From Balanoglossus misakiensis (taxonomy: Eukaryota; Animalia; Hemichordata), in the NCBI GenBank assembly GCA_040954595.2, contig CM082587.2, forward strand, positions 11,677,598 through 11,741,597: a DNA stretch of 64,000 nucleotides. The letters run 5' to 3'. The position numbers were made by a program, and so were the translations under genes. The notes under the pieces were generated by a model, which was given only the letters and a program-made list of their open reading frames with translations, was not told the DNA's origin and did no database searches. Of the stretch, positions 23,541-37,300 are shown one piece after another. Position 1 is the first letter of the stretch. Every line of letters starts with the position of its first letter.

Positions 23541-24044
23541 CTAACTAGTTTCTTTCCACTGTGGCCAACGTGGTTCACTGTTTGTGTCAGAATCTCTCTG
23601 TTTTGCAAGGATTTTGAAATCATAGTGGTGACATGCATAGTGAAAATCAGCTACTTTCAAATGTCCGTCATGTTCATGCTGTAATTGAATTTTCAAAGCT
23701 GGGCTGGCGTGTTTTTTCTTATTTACATAAGTATCACACTTTATACATGTATCTTCATGGGGTTTTTTGAGTCCCGTATTTAGGTCCTCTCTCACAATTT
23801 TACGAAATATCGTATAACTGACAGTTGTTCTTCCCAGAAGAGATTGGTTGGTTATGAACTCTCGGTGTAACTGCGATATACTGTGGTCCGGCGCCAGGTA
23901 CGGTTTAAATCGAGGATTCCTGCAGTAGTGAGATTCTACAATTCTGTGCCTGCGTACGTGTTCAGTGATATCAGTCAGCAAATTTGGATTGAGTTTCCGA
24001 CGATGCCCTTTGTGTCGGCCCCTTGCATCTGGCATCAGACCAGT
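23541..24044 (-). pseudogene. Truncated duplicate of the transposase N-half (copy 2)
   Basis: Same translation as 909-1412. Confidence 0.85.
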
Positions 24045-24442
24045 AAAGTTCCATGTGCATTCCTGGCCCTGGTTTTATTTATGTTTACAGACAATATTGC
24101 ATTTTTGTACAAGTATTTTAATCAACTATAAATTTTGAATGTGTCATTTACCTGAACCGGTCATGTTGACCAGAATGATACATTTCTGCCTTCACTCACC
24201 CTATAAATATGTGATTGAGACATAGGTCATTTGCATAAGCTAACATACCAGAAAGTAAGCATATCTGTTGTTTTCCCTGTGTCACTGCCATCAAAGTAAA
24301 AATTAGACGTTGTGTAGAGCAAACTCCAATTTTTTGTTCTCAATAAACATGGATGAATTACATAGAATGTGTTTGTTGTTTACAGTCTTTAAATGACACA
24401 TTAGATTATGCACTTTACAAAACGTTTCTGAGAAACAAGTGA

Positions 24443-25399
24443 CTAACTAGTTTCTTTCCACTGTGGCCAACGTGGTTCACTGTTTGTGTCAGAATCTCTC
24501 TGTTTTGCAAGGATTTTGAAATCATAGTGGTGACATGCATAGTGAAAATCAGCTACTTTCAAATGTCCGTCATGTTCATGCTGTAATTGAATTTTCAAAG
24601 CTGGGCTGGCGTGTTTTTTCTTATTTACATAAGTATCACACTTTATACATGTATCTTCATGGGGTTTTCTGAGTCCCGTATTTAGGTCCTCTCTCACAAT
24701 TTTACGAAATATCGTATAACTGACAGTTGTTCTTCCCAGAAGAGATTGGTTGGTTATGAACTCTCGGTGTAACTGCGATATACTGTGGTCCGGCGCCAGG
24801 TACGGTTTAAATCGAGGATTCCTGCAGTAGTGAGATTCTACAATTCTGTGCCTGCGTACGTGTTCAGTGATATCAGTCAGCAAATTTGGATTGAGTTTCC
24901 GACGATGCCCTTTGTGTCGGCCCCTTGCATCTGGCATCAGACCAGTTGAACAGTGCATCATTTTGCTTAGAACGGTTCTAGTCCGCCTCTCACTAATGCC
25001 AAATAATTTCAGGAATGCATTTTTGCAGACAGTAACCGTTTCACCGCCTTCATTCACCAGGTGATAACGAACCGATTTCTTGTGTGACTTCATCTGTATA
25101 TCCATCAGTTTGTAGAGCATCAAGTTCTGTTCATTATACACGCGACCATCAAAATATTTTCTCGTGGTGCCTAAAACATGCGTACTCCCAAGCTTCCGCA
25201 GACAATTCCCTTGAACGCAGGCGCATTCCAAGGAAAGACTGTCAATATCTGGAAAAGGGCGATTTTTCCTTGGTTTTTGTCTCGGACACGTCTTTTTAGA
25301 ATTCCTACGTGGCTTGTTGGCTCGAGCTGACAGTTCGGTTCTGCGTTGCTGCCACACAGGAATGGGTTCCCACGCATAAGCAACTCCCCGGCAGGCCAT
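24443..25399 (-). CDS. Sola-like transposase N-terminal half (copy 2)
   Basis: Same translation as 1811-2767. Confidence 0.8.
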   Translation of the reverse strand: MACRGVAYAWEPIPVWQQRRTELSARANKPRRNSKKTCPRQKPRKNRPFPDIDSLSLECACVQGNCLRKLGSTHVLGTTRKYFDGRVYNEQNLMLYKLMDIQMKSHKKSVRYHLVNEGGETVTVCKNAFLKLFGISERRTRTVLSKMMHCSTGLMPDARGRHKGHRRKLNPNLLTDITEHVRRHRIVESHYCRNPRFKPYLAPDHSISQLHREFITNQSLLGRTTVSYTIFRKIVREDLNTGLRKPHEDTCIKCDTYVNKKKHASPALKIQLQHEHDGHLKVADFHYACHHYDFKILAKQRDSDTNSEPRWPQWKETS

Positions 25400-25570
25400 G
25401 GTCACAGCTGAAGTATTTGTTCAAGTACTGACTGACTAAACGCGGCATGGAACAAACGAACGAACGAACGAACGACTTCACGTTCGGAAAAAAAATCGTT
25501 GCGAGCTGTTGGGTGCCTCTATAGTTGTCGGCAACCGTTCTTTTTTATTGCTAAACAATGCTGTCAGAGC

Positions 25571-26584
25571 ATGGAAGGTGTGGTGGAAAACGAACAGAGG
25601 TTTTGTACGACCAACGATTGGATGGTGCTACATATGGACTTCCACAAGTCATTGCCGGTTCCTAAACTCAGCTCTGAAGACTTTTACTTTAAATCGAAAT
25701 TGCAAATGAAGCTCCTTGGAATTTACAACGGGACAACGGAAAAGATGCATTGTTATGTATGGACAGAGCTCGATAGCAGAAAGTCTCCCGATGAAGTTAT
25801 TACCTGTCTAAATCACTTTTTTTATAACTCGGGTGTGACCAGCAGACATGCAGTTATTTACAGCGACAACTGCCGTGCCGAATTCAAGTGTGGGAAGTTA
25901 ATGTTTTACTATGACTATCTGTTACGAAAGGGCGTGTTTCGACGAATTGACTATAAAACTCTTGTGGCTGGACACACGTACTCCACCTGTGACCGAGTTT
26001 TTGCGTCCATTGAAAGGCATGCAAGTCGTTTCCAGAGTATAGAGACACCTCACGATTGGACATCTGTGATTCGAGGATCTTCTCTGAATGGGAACATTGG
26101 AGTTACGGAGATGACTCACAGAGACTTTTTCAATTATTCTGATTTCCTGAAAAATGAGTACGTTGTGCGTTATGCAGATACAAACAATGTAACTTTTTAC
26201 TACCAAGCCATGCACTATTTTAATTTTGGAGAAGGAGAAAGGCTTGATACCGACGGCAACCTCAGAACATTTAGTCATGCAGATAAAGTTTGGGTGAGAA
26301 CATCTCTAGATCCAAGCGAGACCCCGATTGTAGTCGACTTTAGAAAGAAGAAGCAGAACCGGCGTTTACAAGATTGTACGCTGAACAAACTTTATCAGGA
26401 ACGTCGACCACTGGCGAGCAAAGTTTGGCGGGATCTTCAGAGTTTAGCCAAAAATTACCTGTCTCCGGAGGCAATAGAATTTTATAGGAATCTACCGCTT
26501 CAGGAGAGTAGTGGCACCTCTGCAGACCCGTACGCCTTTCATGATGATGACGACGACGATGATGATGATATGGGCGGTGGTTGA
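25571..26584 (+). CDS. Sola-like DDD transposase catalytic half (copy 2)
   Basis: Same translation as 2939-3952. Confidence 0.85.
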   Translation: MEGVVENEQRFCTTNDWMVLHMDFHKSLPVPKLSSEDFYFKSKLQMKLLGIYNGTTEKMHCYVWTELDSRKSPDEVITCLNHFFYNSGVTSRHAVIYSDNCRAEFKCGKLMFYYDYLLRKGVFRRIDYKTLVAGHTYSTCDRVFASIERHASRFQSIETPHDWTSVIRGSSLNGNIGVTEMTHRDFFNYSDFLKNEYVVRYADTNNVTFYYQAMHYFNFGEGERLDTDGNLRTFSHADKVWVRTSLDPSETPIVVDFRKKKQNRRLQDCTLNKLYQERRPLASKVWRDLQSLAKNYLSPEAIEFYRNLPLQESSGTSADPYAFHDDDDDDDDDMGGG

Positions 26585-27067
26585 ACAAACTGTCCTTTTC
26601 ATGACGACAGTGATTTTGGATATTTGATGTGCGTGCACAGTTTATATGTAATATTTTCACACGAACGAGTTTTGACTGAATTTGATTAAAGAATGTACTC
26701 GATAATTAACAAATGTGCTGAATCGTGGTTATTATGTTGTTAATTTTTGTTTGTTTGTTTGTTTGTTTGTAAACAATTTCCGTTCATTCAACTGGCTACA
26801 AAGTTGGATTTTTGTACTGGGAAGCGATAAACTCGCACATCAAAACCGGGGAGACTCGATCATTTTTCCCTGCAGGTAGCCTGAAAAGCACCCGGGCAGA
26901 GATTACGTCATATATGGTCCACTTTAATACGAAATTATGCAAATGTGACATTTCACGGAAACGGCGTATATAAAAGCGACCCTGGGCTATTGTTCGGAAT
27001 GCGTCATCGACGAGAGAGTGACTGATAATTCTTCTACCTCGAGTCAACCATTCTGTATATACTGAAC

Positions 27068-28394
27068 ATGGCTAGCTGGCGCAGGAAGAGACAAGGCAAT
27101 GTGCGGTCTGTAATCAACGAACGGCACCGCTCAGTTCAGTGTCCCTTTCTTCAAAAGTGGATCGGTGAGCAATTGGTATTTTCAGGTCGTTCAGAGGATG
27201 AAGTCCAGTCCAGTACTGTATTTGAGAGCTACAAATGTTGGGTTGAAAACTATTCGTCGGCGGACAATCAAGTAATGATTATGGTTACTAAAGCTCGATT
27301 TTTCAAGGTGAGAATGATCGCATTTTTCTTCCCCCCCCCCCTCCCTCCCCCAAGGGACTCGTTTTCTGTCTCTTTTAAACCTGTAACTTAACGAAAAGGA
27401 AGTTTTTCACATATCTCTTTGTTGACACTATAGCAATTTGGAGCGCGGATGCTTCAAGAGAATAGCGTTACCAAATCAAAGTCGGCCGGGGTTAATATTT
27501 ATAGAGGTGTTCGTCTGAAAGCTGGTTCGCGAAGAATCTCAACGGGGAAACCTGAGCACAGTGTACTTCAGACCAGGGCAAGGGCATTTCTTGATGACGC
27601 CAGCGTGACCGTTCCGATCGAGGTAAGAATGGTGTTTTGTTTGGACTAGGACAATAGAACGTTGCAATGAGTGTGTCAATGGGTGTCCAAGTGCAAACGT
27701 GGTCGGCTTCTGTCCACAAATGCCATTAATTTTAGGCAGGATTTATAAAATTGTCAATGAAGAATACAAAAATGAAAAACAATAGTTAATAGCAAACGGG
27801 TAGGATTGCAAGGGCTTGTAAAACGGTACACACTGTACCAGGAAGTTTGCAACACTAATGAAGAATGTATATGATATATTTAGGTGAGAACTGTTCGCGA
27901 TCGCCGGGACGCAGGACGGTGCGCGTTTTCGACGAGGGATCTTCAAGCCTGGAACGTCGTCTGCGAATACCGGGGCACGGTTATTAGCGTTGAAGAAGCT
28001 AGTCGGCGTGATGAACTTTACAGGGCAGAGGGGAAACGACCACGCATGTTTCATCTCTACATTGGAAAGAGACACGTTGTGTGAGTGTATCACTTAGTCG
28101 AATATATGGTCATATATTGCAAAGCATCTGTCGAAATAGAAAACGTAATATTGTCTATATTTTCCTCATTAACGCAGCATTGACGGATACGATGTCCCAG
28201 CCGGTGAAGAAAATTTAGCGGGCCTAATAAATCACAGTCAGCAGAACGCCAACTTGGTACCGGTTCGGATCGGAGAGCGCCTGGTTTTCTTTGCAACCAG
28301 GAATCTTTGTCAGGGAGTAGAGCTTTTGTATGATTACGGTGACGGGGGTGAAGAGGATTTCTTCAGTGGTTCTCAAACTTTTCCTGAAAATTAA
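27068..28394 (+). CDS. wHTH-SET spliced gene (copy 2); exons 27068-27307, 27434-27622, 27884-28080, 28178-28394
   Basis: Copy of 4436-5762 with the same splice sites and the LINHS and ELLYDYG motifs. Confidence 0.85.
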
Positions 28395-29302
28395 GGCATT
28401 AACACATCAACGCTTCGGGATGTCGTAACGGCGGCAAGGCGGGGGGGGGGGGGGGGGGGGCGTGAAAATGTTTGTATCAGGAACAAAATTCCCGTGCAAA
28501 TCACCTTGATCCGGGTGGGTGGACTATTCGCGACAAATGTTGAAATCATACAAAGCATTTTACTTAATTAACCCATTTTTTTCATTTATTTGTTTACAGT
28601 TTACAACGTCATAGAGAAGTTGAACTAGAGACTGGATCAGCGTGGGTGACACCATAGTACACCAATGTTTTCTTCAGTTTGATTCAATTGTAATTTAAAA
28701 CTGAGATTGCCTAACGCTTTCCCAGATTTTTTTAACCACTGAGAAACTGTGGGTTTTTTTCTGGGTTTTGGTGCGAGGTGATCTCAGTCAGTGGTGTTAA
28801 TTTAATTAATCATTTTCTTTTCCTATTTACGTCGACTGAAATGTATTTTGATAGGTGATAGTCATACCATAAAAAAATCTTACGGCGCGACTGCCAAAAT
28901 GTACATTTATTTGTCCGTTCCAAGTTATTTTGTGTATGTGTGATGGGTGCCGGTGACTGTGCAGGGTTGATTTCCCTAGAGCGACTGTTATATTCGTTTT
29001 CCAACGATGATGAATTTACATGTTATTTGCTTGGCATTTTGACGCAGAGACACTTCTGAAAACACAAACCTATTAATTATGCCACGGGTGTAAATTGATC
29101 ACATTAAAAGAGGCTTTAGACGTTTGCCGCGAGCTCCTGGTGGGCAGAATCTTGTCAGCCCAAATTTGACTATAAGTACATAGCCAATGATGTGACGCTC
29201 TCCCACATCCTTCGCCGCGCCTTTTCGCTGATTTACAGCATCTTGCGTAAACACTGTCATTTGATCTTGCTTGGCAGAAGTCAACTTGCTCTATACTACA
29301 TT

Positions 29303-29668
29303 ATGGCGGCCAAGCTCAACTGCATATCAGATAATGCCAAGGAGCGTTTGAGAGGCATCCTCGCCAGAAGGAGTCGCGTTTCCGGTGACTGTGTGCTCTG
29401 GACGGGTGCAGCTTGTCGAAACGGCTATGGCTCTATTACGTTCAGAGATGAGAACACTCTAACCGCCTATGTCCATCACATTGCACTCCTAATTAACGGA
29501 GTGCAATTGGTGGGCAGGCGGTTAGAGTGTTCTCATCTTTGCAACGAAAAGCTATGCATCCGCCCAGAGCACATTGTCCAGGAAACGCGACTCCTAAACA
29601 TTTCACGAAAGACGTGCTTTAAATCCCCAAAAGGGGAGTGTCACCACGATCCCAGGTGCCTAAGGTGA
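29303..29668 (+). CDS. His-Cys box / His-Me finger endonuclease (copy 2)
   Basis: Same translation as 6671-7036. Confidence 0.85.
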   Translation: MAAKLNCISDNAKERLRGILARRSRVSGDCVLWTGAACRNGYGSITFRDENTLTAYVHHIALLINGVQLVGRRLECSHLCNEKLCIRPEHIVQETRLLNISRKTCFKSPKGECHHDPRCLR

Positions 29669-30651
29669 GTAATCCTCTTCTCATTTGATATGTATTGTGT
29701 GACCCTGCAGTTGAAACGCTTTCATCAATAATTTGCGGCGCGTGGGTAATCTCGGTGTTATTGACAATGCAGCCGGCCCAAACATTTTTAAATTAACACT
29801 GTTTCTGACTGTATTAACGAAATGTCCAATTTGCAAGTAGCCTATAGACAACCCTTTTGAATGAGTTTTGTCTCGTTGAGATTTTATACATAAGGAACAA
29901 TCTAGATTTATTTTAGAAGACACTGTTCTTTTAAAACAGCTAGCATAATACAGCTAAATTTCGGAATTTCCGGACAATTTTCGGAATTCCTTTTAAATTT
30001 GAGAAATTTTTCATCAGATATAAGTGTTACTATTTATTGGACATGTTTTTATCATTGTTTACTTTTTAAGGTCATTCTCATCCCCCCCCCCCCCCCCCAA
30101 AAAAAAGCCGCTTTAGGCTTCATGTTCAGTAAAAAATCTGGAAAGTTCAGCTGAATTTTACACTGATCACACATTTTTGGGAAGGTCTGGCGCAAAATAA
30201 AGGATGACAAATGTAAATCTAATGTCACATTTGTAAACCTCTAAGTATTGTACACTCATTCTATTAAGTATATGCAAATAGTACGGATAATTTTTTCGGA
30301 ATGTGGAATTCCGAAATTAGTTCGGAACGTGTTAGCAGTGAAGAGATCACCACTGAGGGTTGGAAGGCCTTGCCAGAAATTAACGCGTAAAGTACGCCCT
30401 CACAGGCCATGTAAACAAGGTCAAATAAGGCCGTCTGGCAAACGAATGATTAATTCAACGCGCCATTTGAGCCGAGCTGAGTTGGTCTGAGTTGCGTATC
30501 ACACAGACTTAGGCTGAATGTCAGTGGAGTAACCAGTCCGTTTTAGATTTACCAATGATGTGAATTTAATTTCTTCACCCAGAAAAACAGAACACAACTT
30601 GTCTGCAACATGATGCTGGAGGTGACACATGACAGAGAAGTGGATCCGCGT

Positions 30652-31249
30652 TGTCAACACAGATGCCAGCATTCAAAAGGGGAGTGCCACCTGCTAAAAT
30701 CAACTCATCTGCTGTTGGCCCATTTTACCTGTGGCAACTGTTCAGAGGAGACAACGTTTATTCCGTGCAAGCCAACACGCAATGTTGGGGTCTACCTGTC
30801 AACACAGATGCAAGCATTCATGTGAGTGAGTATCAGGACTGACCTTGTTTTGCTGAATAATTCATAATGCCTATTTTAGAATTCTTAGAGGCATTTGGAG
30901 TTCATTGCCTGGTCAACCAAACTACACCCCTTAACAGCTGAAACAAAATGCGTATTGTGTTCATTCATTCATTGCTTCAATATATATAGGCAACATGAGT
31001 ATCAAGTAGCACTATTTGTTTACGATTGTATTCATGAAAACTTCCCACTAACAATTCCACAGTTAATATTGAACACATTTATCCAACAAGGTCAAAAGAA
31101 AAAGGGAATCTTCTGGTTCCAAAATACGCCACAAATGTGGGTCAACATACAGTGAAATATTATGGTGCTCAAATATGCAACATATCAAATCTGTCTCATC
31201 AAAGTCATGCTTTAAAAAAGAATTGAAAAGGTATTATTTATCCATTTGA
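30652..31249 (+). repeat. Diverged satellite monomer plus LINE 3' remnant (copy 2)
   Basis: Copy of 8020-8617. Confidence 0.7.
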
Positions 31250-31300
31250 CTGCTGTATTTTCAGAAGGAAAACAAACTGAATTTGGTTTTTCATGTACAA

Positions 31301-34300
31301 ATATTTTCTGTAAAATAGACATTTAATTGGCAAGCCGTCCTGCATCAATTATTAATTGTGTACATGCACTAAAGCGCCCTCACTGCTGGGTGTGTTGTAT
31401 GGTCTTTAACCCTGTTTCAAATTAGAGTACTTTCTGCAATTTCAAGACAGATCTTACGTGCCATTGGAGAGCTCCATTGACTGGTCATTCATACTGTTTT
31501 CATTCATTCATTGCGGCATCAATATATTTTATGTATTCTAGCCAAAGAGCTTGGCACCTGTTGAAATGAACTCATCTGCTGTGGGCCAGTTTATTGGTGG
31601 CAGTTGAGCTGAGGAGAGCACCTTCCTTCCCGGCACGCCACCAAGTAAAGTTCCACGCCGCCCACCACAGATGCCAGCATTCATTCATGCGAGTGAGTGT
31701 AATTGCAAATTTGCCTATTCTAGATCTGTAATGGAAATGGAGAAAGTACCTTATATTTTCTGTAAAATAGACATTTAATTGGCAAGCCGTCCTGCATCAA
31801 TTATTAATTGTGTACATGCACTAAAGCGCCCTCACTGCTGGGTGTGTTGTATGGTCTTTAACCCTGTTTCAAATTAGAGTACTTTCTGCAATTTCAAGAC
31901 AGATCTTACGTGCCATTGGAGAGCTCCATTGACTGGTCATTCATACTGTTTTCATTCATTCATTGCGGCATCAATATATTTTATCTATTCTAGCCAAAGA
32001 GCTTGGCACCTGTTGAAATGAACTCATCTGCTGTGGGCCAGTTTATTGGTGGCAGTTGAGCTGAGGAGAGCACCTTCCTTCCCGGCACGCCACCAAGTAA
32101 AGTTCCACGCCGCCCACCACAGATGCCAGCATTCATTCATGCGAGTGAGTGTAATTGCAAATTTGCCTATTCTAGAATTACGTGCCATTGGAGAGCTCCA
32201 TTGACTGGTCATTCATACTGTTTTCATTCATTCATTGCGGCATCAATATATTTTATCTATTCTAGCCAAAGAGCTTGGCACCTGTTGAAATGAACTCATC
32301 TGCTGTGGGCCAGTTTATTGGTGGCAGTTGAGCTGAGGAGAGCACCTTCCTTCCCGGCACGCCACCAAGTAAAGTTCCACGCCGCCCACCACAGATGCCA
32401 GCATTCATTCATGCGAGTGAGTGTAATTGCAAATTTGCCTATTCTAGATCTGTAATGGAAATGGAGAAAGTACCTTATATTTTCTGTAAAATAGACATTT
32501 AATTGGCAAGCCGTCCTGCATCAATTATGAATTGTGTACATGCACTAAAGCGCCCTCACTGCTGGGTGTGTTGTATGGTCTTTAACCCTGTTTCAAATTA
32601 GAGTACTTTCTGCAATTTCAAGACAGATCTTACGTGCCATTGGAGAGCTCCATTGACTGGTCATTCATACTGTTTTCATTCATTCATTGCGGCATCAATA
32701 TATTTTATCTATTCTAGCCAAAGAGCTTGGCACCTGTTGAAATGAACTCATCTGCTGTGGGCCAGTTTATTGGTGGCAGTTGAGCTGAGGAGAGCACCTT
32801 CCTTCCCGGCACGCCACCAAGTAAAGTTCCACGCCGCCCACCACAGATGCCAGCATTCATTCATGCGAGTGAGTGTAATTGCAAATTTGCCTATTCTAGA
32901 ATCTTACGTGCCATTGGAGAGCTCCATTGACTGGTCATTCATACTGTTTTCATTCATTCATTGCGGCATCAATATATTTTATCTATTCTAGCCAAAGAGC
33001 TTGGCACCTGTTGAAATGAACTCATCTGCTGTGGGCCAGTTTATTGGTGGCAGTTGAGCTGAGGAGAGCACCTTCCTTCCCGGCACGCCACCAAGTAAAG
33101 TTCCACGCCGCCCACCACAGATGCCAGCATTCATTCATGCGAGTGAGTGTAATTGCAAATTTGCCTATTCTAGATCTGTAATGGAAATGGAGAAAGTACC
33201 TTATATTTTCTGTAAAATAGACATTTAATTGGCAAGCCGTCCTGCATCAATTATTAATTGTGTACATGCACTAAAGCGCCCTCACTGCTGGGTGTGTTGT
33301 ATGGTCTTTAACCCTGTTTCAAATTAGAGTACTTTCTGCAATTTCAAGACAGATCTTACGTGCCATTGGAGAGCTCCATTGACTGGTCATTCATACTGTT
33401 TTCATTCATTCATTGCGGCATCAATATATTTTATCTATTCTAGCCAAAGAGCTTGGCACCTGTTGAAATGAACTCATCTGCTGTGGGCCAGTTTATTGGT
33501 GGCAGTTGAGCTGAGAAGAGCACCTTCCTTCCCGGCACGCCACCAAGTAAAGTTCCACGCCGCCCACCACAGATGCCAGCATTCATTCATGCGAGTGAGT
33601 GTAATTGCAAATTTGCCTATTCTAGATCTGTAATGGAAATGGAGAAAGTACCTTATATTTTCTGTAAAATAGACATTTAATTGGCAAGCCGTCCTGCATC
33701 AATTATGAATTGTGTACATGCACTAAAGCGCCCTCACTGCTGGGTGTGTTGTATGGTCTTTAACCCTGTTTCAAATTAGAGTACTTTCTGCAATTTCAAG
33801 ACAGATCTTACGTGCCATTGGAGAGCTCCATTGACTGGTCATTCATACTGTTTTCATTCATTCATTGCGGCATCAATATATTTTATCTATTCTAGCCAAA
33901 GAGCTTGGCACCTGTTGAAATGAACTCATCTGCTGTGGGCCAGTTTATTGGTGGCAGTTGAGCTGAGGAGAGCACCTTCCTTCCCGGCACGCCACCAAGT
34001 AAAGTTCCACGCCGCCCACCACAGATGCCAGCATTCATTCATGCGAGTGAGTGTAATTGCAAATTTGCCTATTCTAGATCTGTAATGGAAATGGAGAAAG
34101 TACCTTATATTTTCTGTAAAATAGACATTTAATTGGCAAGCCGTCCTGCATCAATTATGAATTGTGTACATGCACTAAAGCGCCCTCACTGCTGGGTGTG
34201 TTGTATGGTCTTTAACCCTGTTTCAAATTAGAGTACTTTCTGCAATTTCAAGACAGATCTTACGTGCCATTGGAGAGCTCCATTGACTGGTCATTCATAC

Positions 34301-37300
34301 TGTTTTCATTCATTCATTGCGGCATCAATATATTTTATCTATTCTAGCCAAAGAGCTTGGCACCTGTTGAAATGAACTCATCTGCTGTGGGCCAGTTTAT
34401 TGGTGGCAGTTGAGCTGAGGAGAGCACCTTCCTTCCCGGCACGCCACCAAGTAAAGTTCCACGCCGCCCACCACAGATGCCAGCATTCATTCATGCGAGT
34501 GAGTGTAATTGCAAATTTGCCTATTCTAGATCTGTAATGGAAATGGAGAAAGTACCTTATATTTTCTGTAAAATAGACATTTAATTGGCAAGCCGTCCTG
34601 CATCAATTATGAATTGTGTACATGCACTAAAGCGCCCTCACTGCTGGGTGTGTTGTATGGTCTTTAACCCTGTTTCAAATTAGAGTACTTTCTGCAATTT
34701 CAAGACAGATCTTACGTGCCATTGGAGAGCTCCATTGACTGGTCATTCATACTGTTTTCATTCATTCATTGCGGCATCAATATATTTTATCTATTCTAGC
34801 CAAAGAGCTTGGCACCTGTTGAAATGAACTCATCTGCTGTGGGCCAGTTTATTGGTGGCAGTTGAGCTGAGGAGAGCACCTTCCTTCCCGGCACGCCACC
34901 AAGTAAAGTTCCACGCCGCCCACCACAGATGCCAGCATTCATTCATGCGAGTGAGTGTAATTGCAAATTTGCCTATTCTAGATCTGTAATGGAAATGGAG
35001 AAAGTACCTTATATTTTCTGTAAAATAGACATTTAATTGGCAAGCCGTCCTGCATCAATTATGAATTGTGTACATGCACTAAAGCGCCCTCACTGCTGGG
35101 TGTGTTGTATGGTCTTTAACCCTGTTTCAAATTAGAGTACTTTCTGCAATTTCAAGACAGATCTTACGTGCCATTGGAGAGCTCCATTGACTGGTCATTC
35201 ATACTGTTTTCATTCATTCATTGCGGCATCAATATATTTTATCTATTCTAGCCAAAGAGCTTGGCACCTGTTGAAATGAACTCATCTGCTGTGGGCCAGT
35301 TTATTGGTGGCAGTTGAGCTGAGAAGAGCACCTTCCTTCCCGGCACGCCACCAAGTAAAGTTCCACGCCGCCCACCACAGATGCCAGCATTCATTCATGC
35401 GAGTGAGTGTAATTGCAAATTTGCCTATTCTAGAATCTTACGTGCCATTGGAGAGCTCCATTGACTGGTCATTCATACTGTTTTCATTCATTCATTGCGG
35501 CATCAATATATTTTATCTATTCTAGCCAAAGAGCTTGGCACCTGTTGAAATGAACTCATCTGCTGTGGGCCAGTTTATTGGTGGCAGTTGAGCTGAGGAG
35601 AGCACCTTCCTTCCCGGGACGCCACCAAGTAAAGTTCCACGCCGCCCACCACAGATGCCAGCATTCATTCATGCGAGTGAGTGTAATTGCAAATTTGCCT
35701 ATTCTAGATTCTTACGTGCCATTGGAGAGCTCCATTGACTGGTCATTCATACTGTTTTCATTCATTCATTGCGGCATCAATATATTTTATCTATTCTAGC
35801 CAAAGAGCTTGGCACCTGTTGAAATGAACTCATCTGCTGTGGGCCAGTTTATTGGTGGCAGTTGAGCTGAGGAGAGCACCTTCCTTCCCGGCACGCCACC
35901 AAGTAAAGTTCCACGCCGCCCACCACAGATGCCAGCATTCATTCATGCGAGTGAGTGTAATTGCAAATTTGCCTATTCTAGATCTGTAATGGAAATGGAG
36001 AAAGTACCTTATATTTTCTGTAAAATAGACATTTAATTGGCAAGCCGTCCTGCATCAATTATTAATTGTGTACATGCACTAAAGCGCCCTCACTGCTGGG
36101 TGTGTTGTATGGTCTTTAACCCTGTTTCAAATTAGAGTACTTTCTGCAATTTCAAGACAGATCTTACGTGCCATTGGAGAGCTCCATTGACTGGTCATTC
36201 ATACTGTTTTCATTCATTCATTGCGGCATCAATATATTTTATCTATTCTAGCCAAAGAGCTTGGCACCTGTTGAAATGAACTCATCTGCTGTGGGCCAGT
36301 TTATTGGTGGCAGTTGAGCTGAGGAGAGCACCTTCCTTCCCGGCACGCCACCAAGTAAAGTTCCACGCCGCCCACCACAGATGCCAGCATTCATTCATGC
36401 GAGTGAGTGTAATTGCAAATTTGCCTATTCTAGATCTGTAATGGAAATGGAGAAAGTACCTTATATTTTCTGTAAAATAGACATTTAATTGGCAAGCCGT
36501 CCTGCATCAATTATTAATTGTGTACATGCACTAAAGCGCCCTCACTGCTGGGTGTGTTGTATGGTCTTTAACCCTGTTTCAAATTAGAGTACTTTCTGCA
36601 ATTTCAAGACAGATCTTACGTGCCATTGGAGAGCTCCATTGACTGGTCATTCATACTGTTTTCATTCATTCATTGCGGCATCAATATATTTTATCTATTC
36701 TAGCCAAAGAGCTTGGCACCTGTTGAAATGAACTCATCTGCTGTGGGCCAGTTTATTGGTGGCAGTTGAGCTGAGGAGAGCACCTTCCTTCCCGGCACGC
36801 CACCAAGTAAAGTTCCACGCCGCCCACCACAGATGCCAGCATTCATTCATGCGAGTGAGTGTAATTGCAAATTTGCCTATTCTAGAATTACGTGCCATTG
36901 GAGAGCTCCATTGACTGGTCATTCATACTGTTTTCATTCATTCATTGCGGCATCAATATATTTTATCTATTCTAGCCAAAGAGCTTGGCACCTGTTGAAA
37001 TGAACTCATCTGCTGTGGGCCAGTTTATTGGTGGCAGTTGAGCTGAGGAGAGCACCTTCCTTCCCGGCACGCCACCAAGTAAAGTTCCACGCCGCCCACC
37101 ACAGATGCCAGCATTCATTCATGCGAGTGAGTGTAATTGCAAATTTGCCTATTCTAGATCTGTAATGGAAATGGAGAAAGTACCTTATATTTTCTGTAAA
37201 ATAGACATTTAATTGGCAAGCCGTCCTGCATCAATTATGAATTGTGTACATGCACTAAAGCGCCCTCACTGCTGGGTGTGTTGTATGGTCTTTAACCCTG

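Larger units (their letters stand above)
23154..31300. mobile_element. Gene cassette, copy 2
   Basis: All ORFs offset by exactly 22,632 bp with identical translations, and the same satellite junctions. Confidence 0.75.
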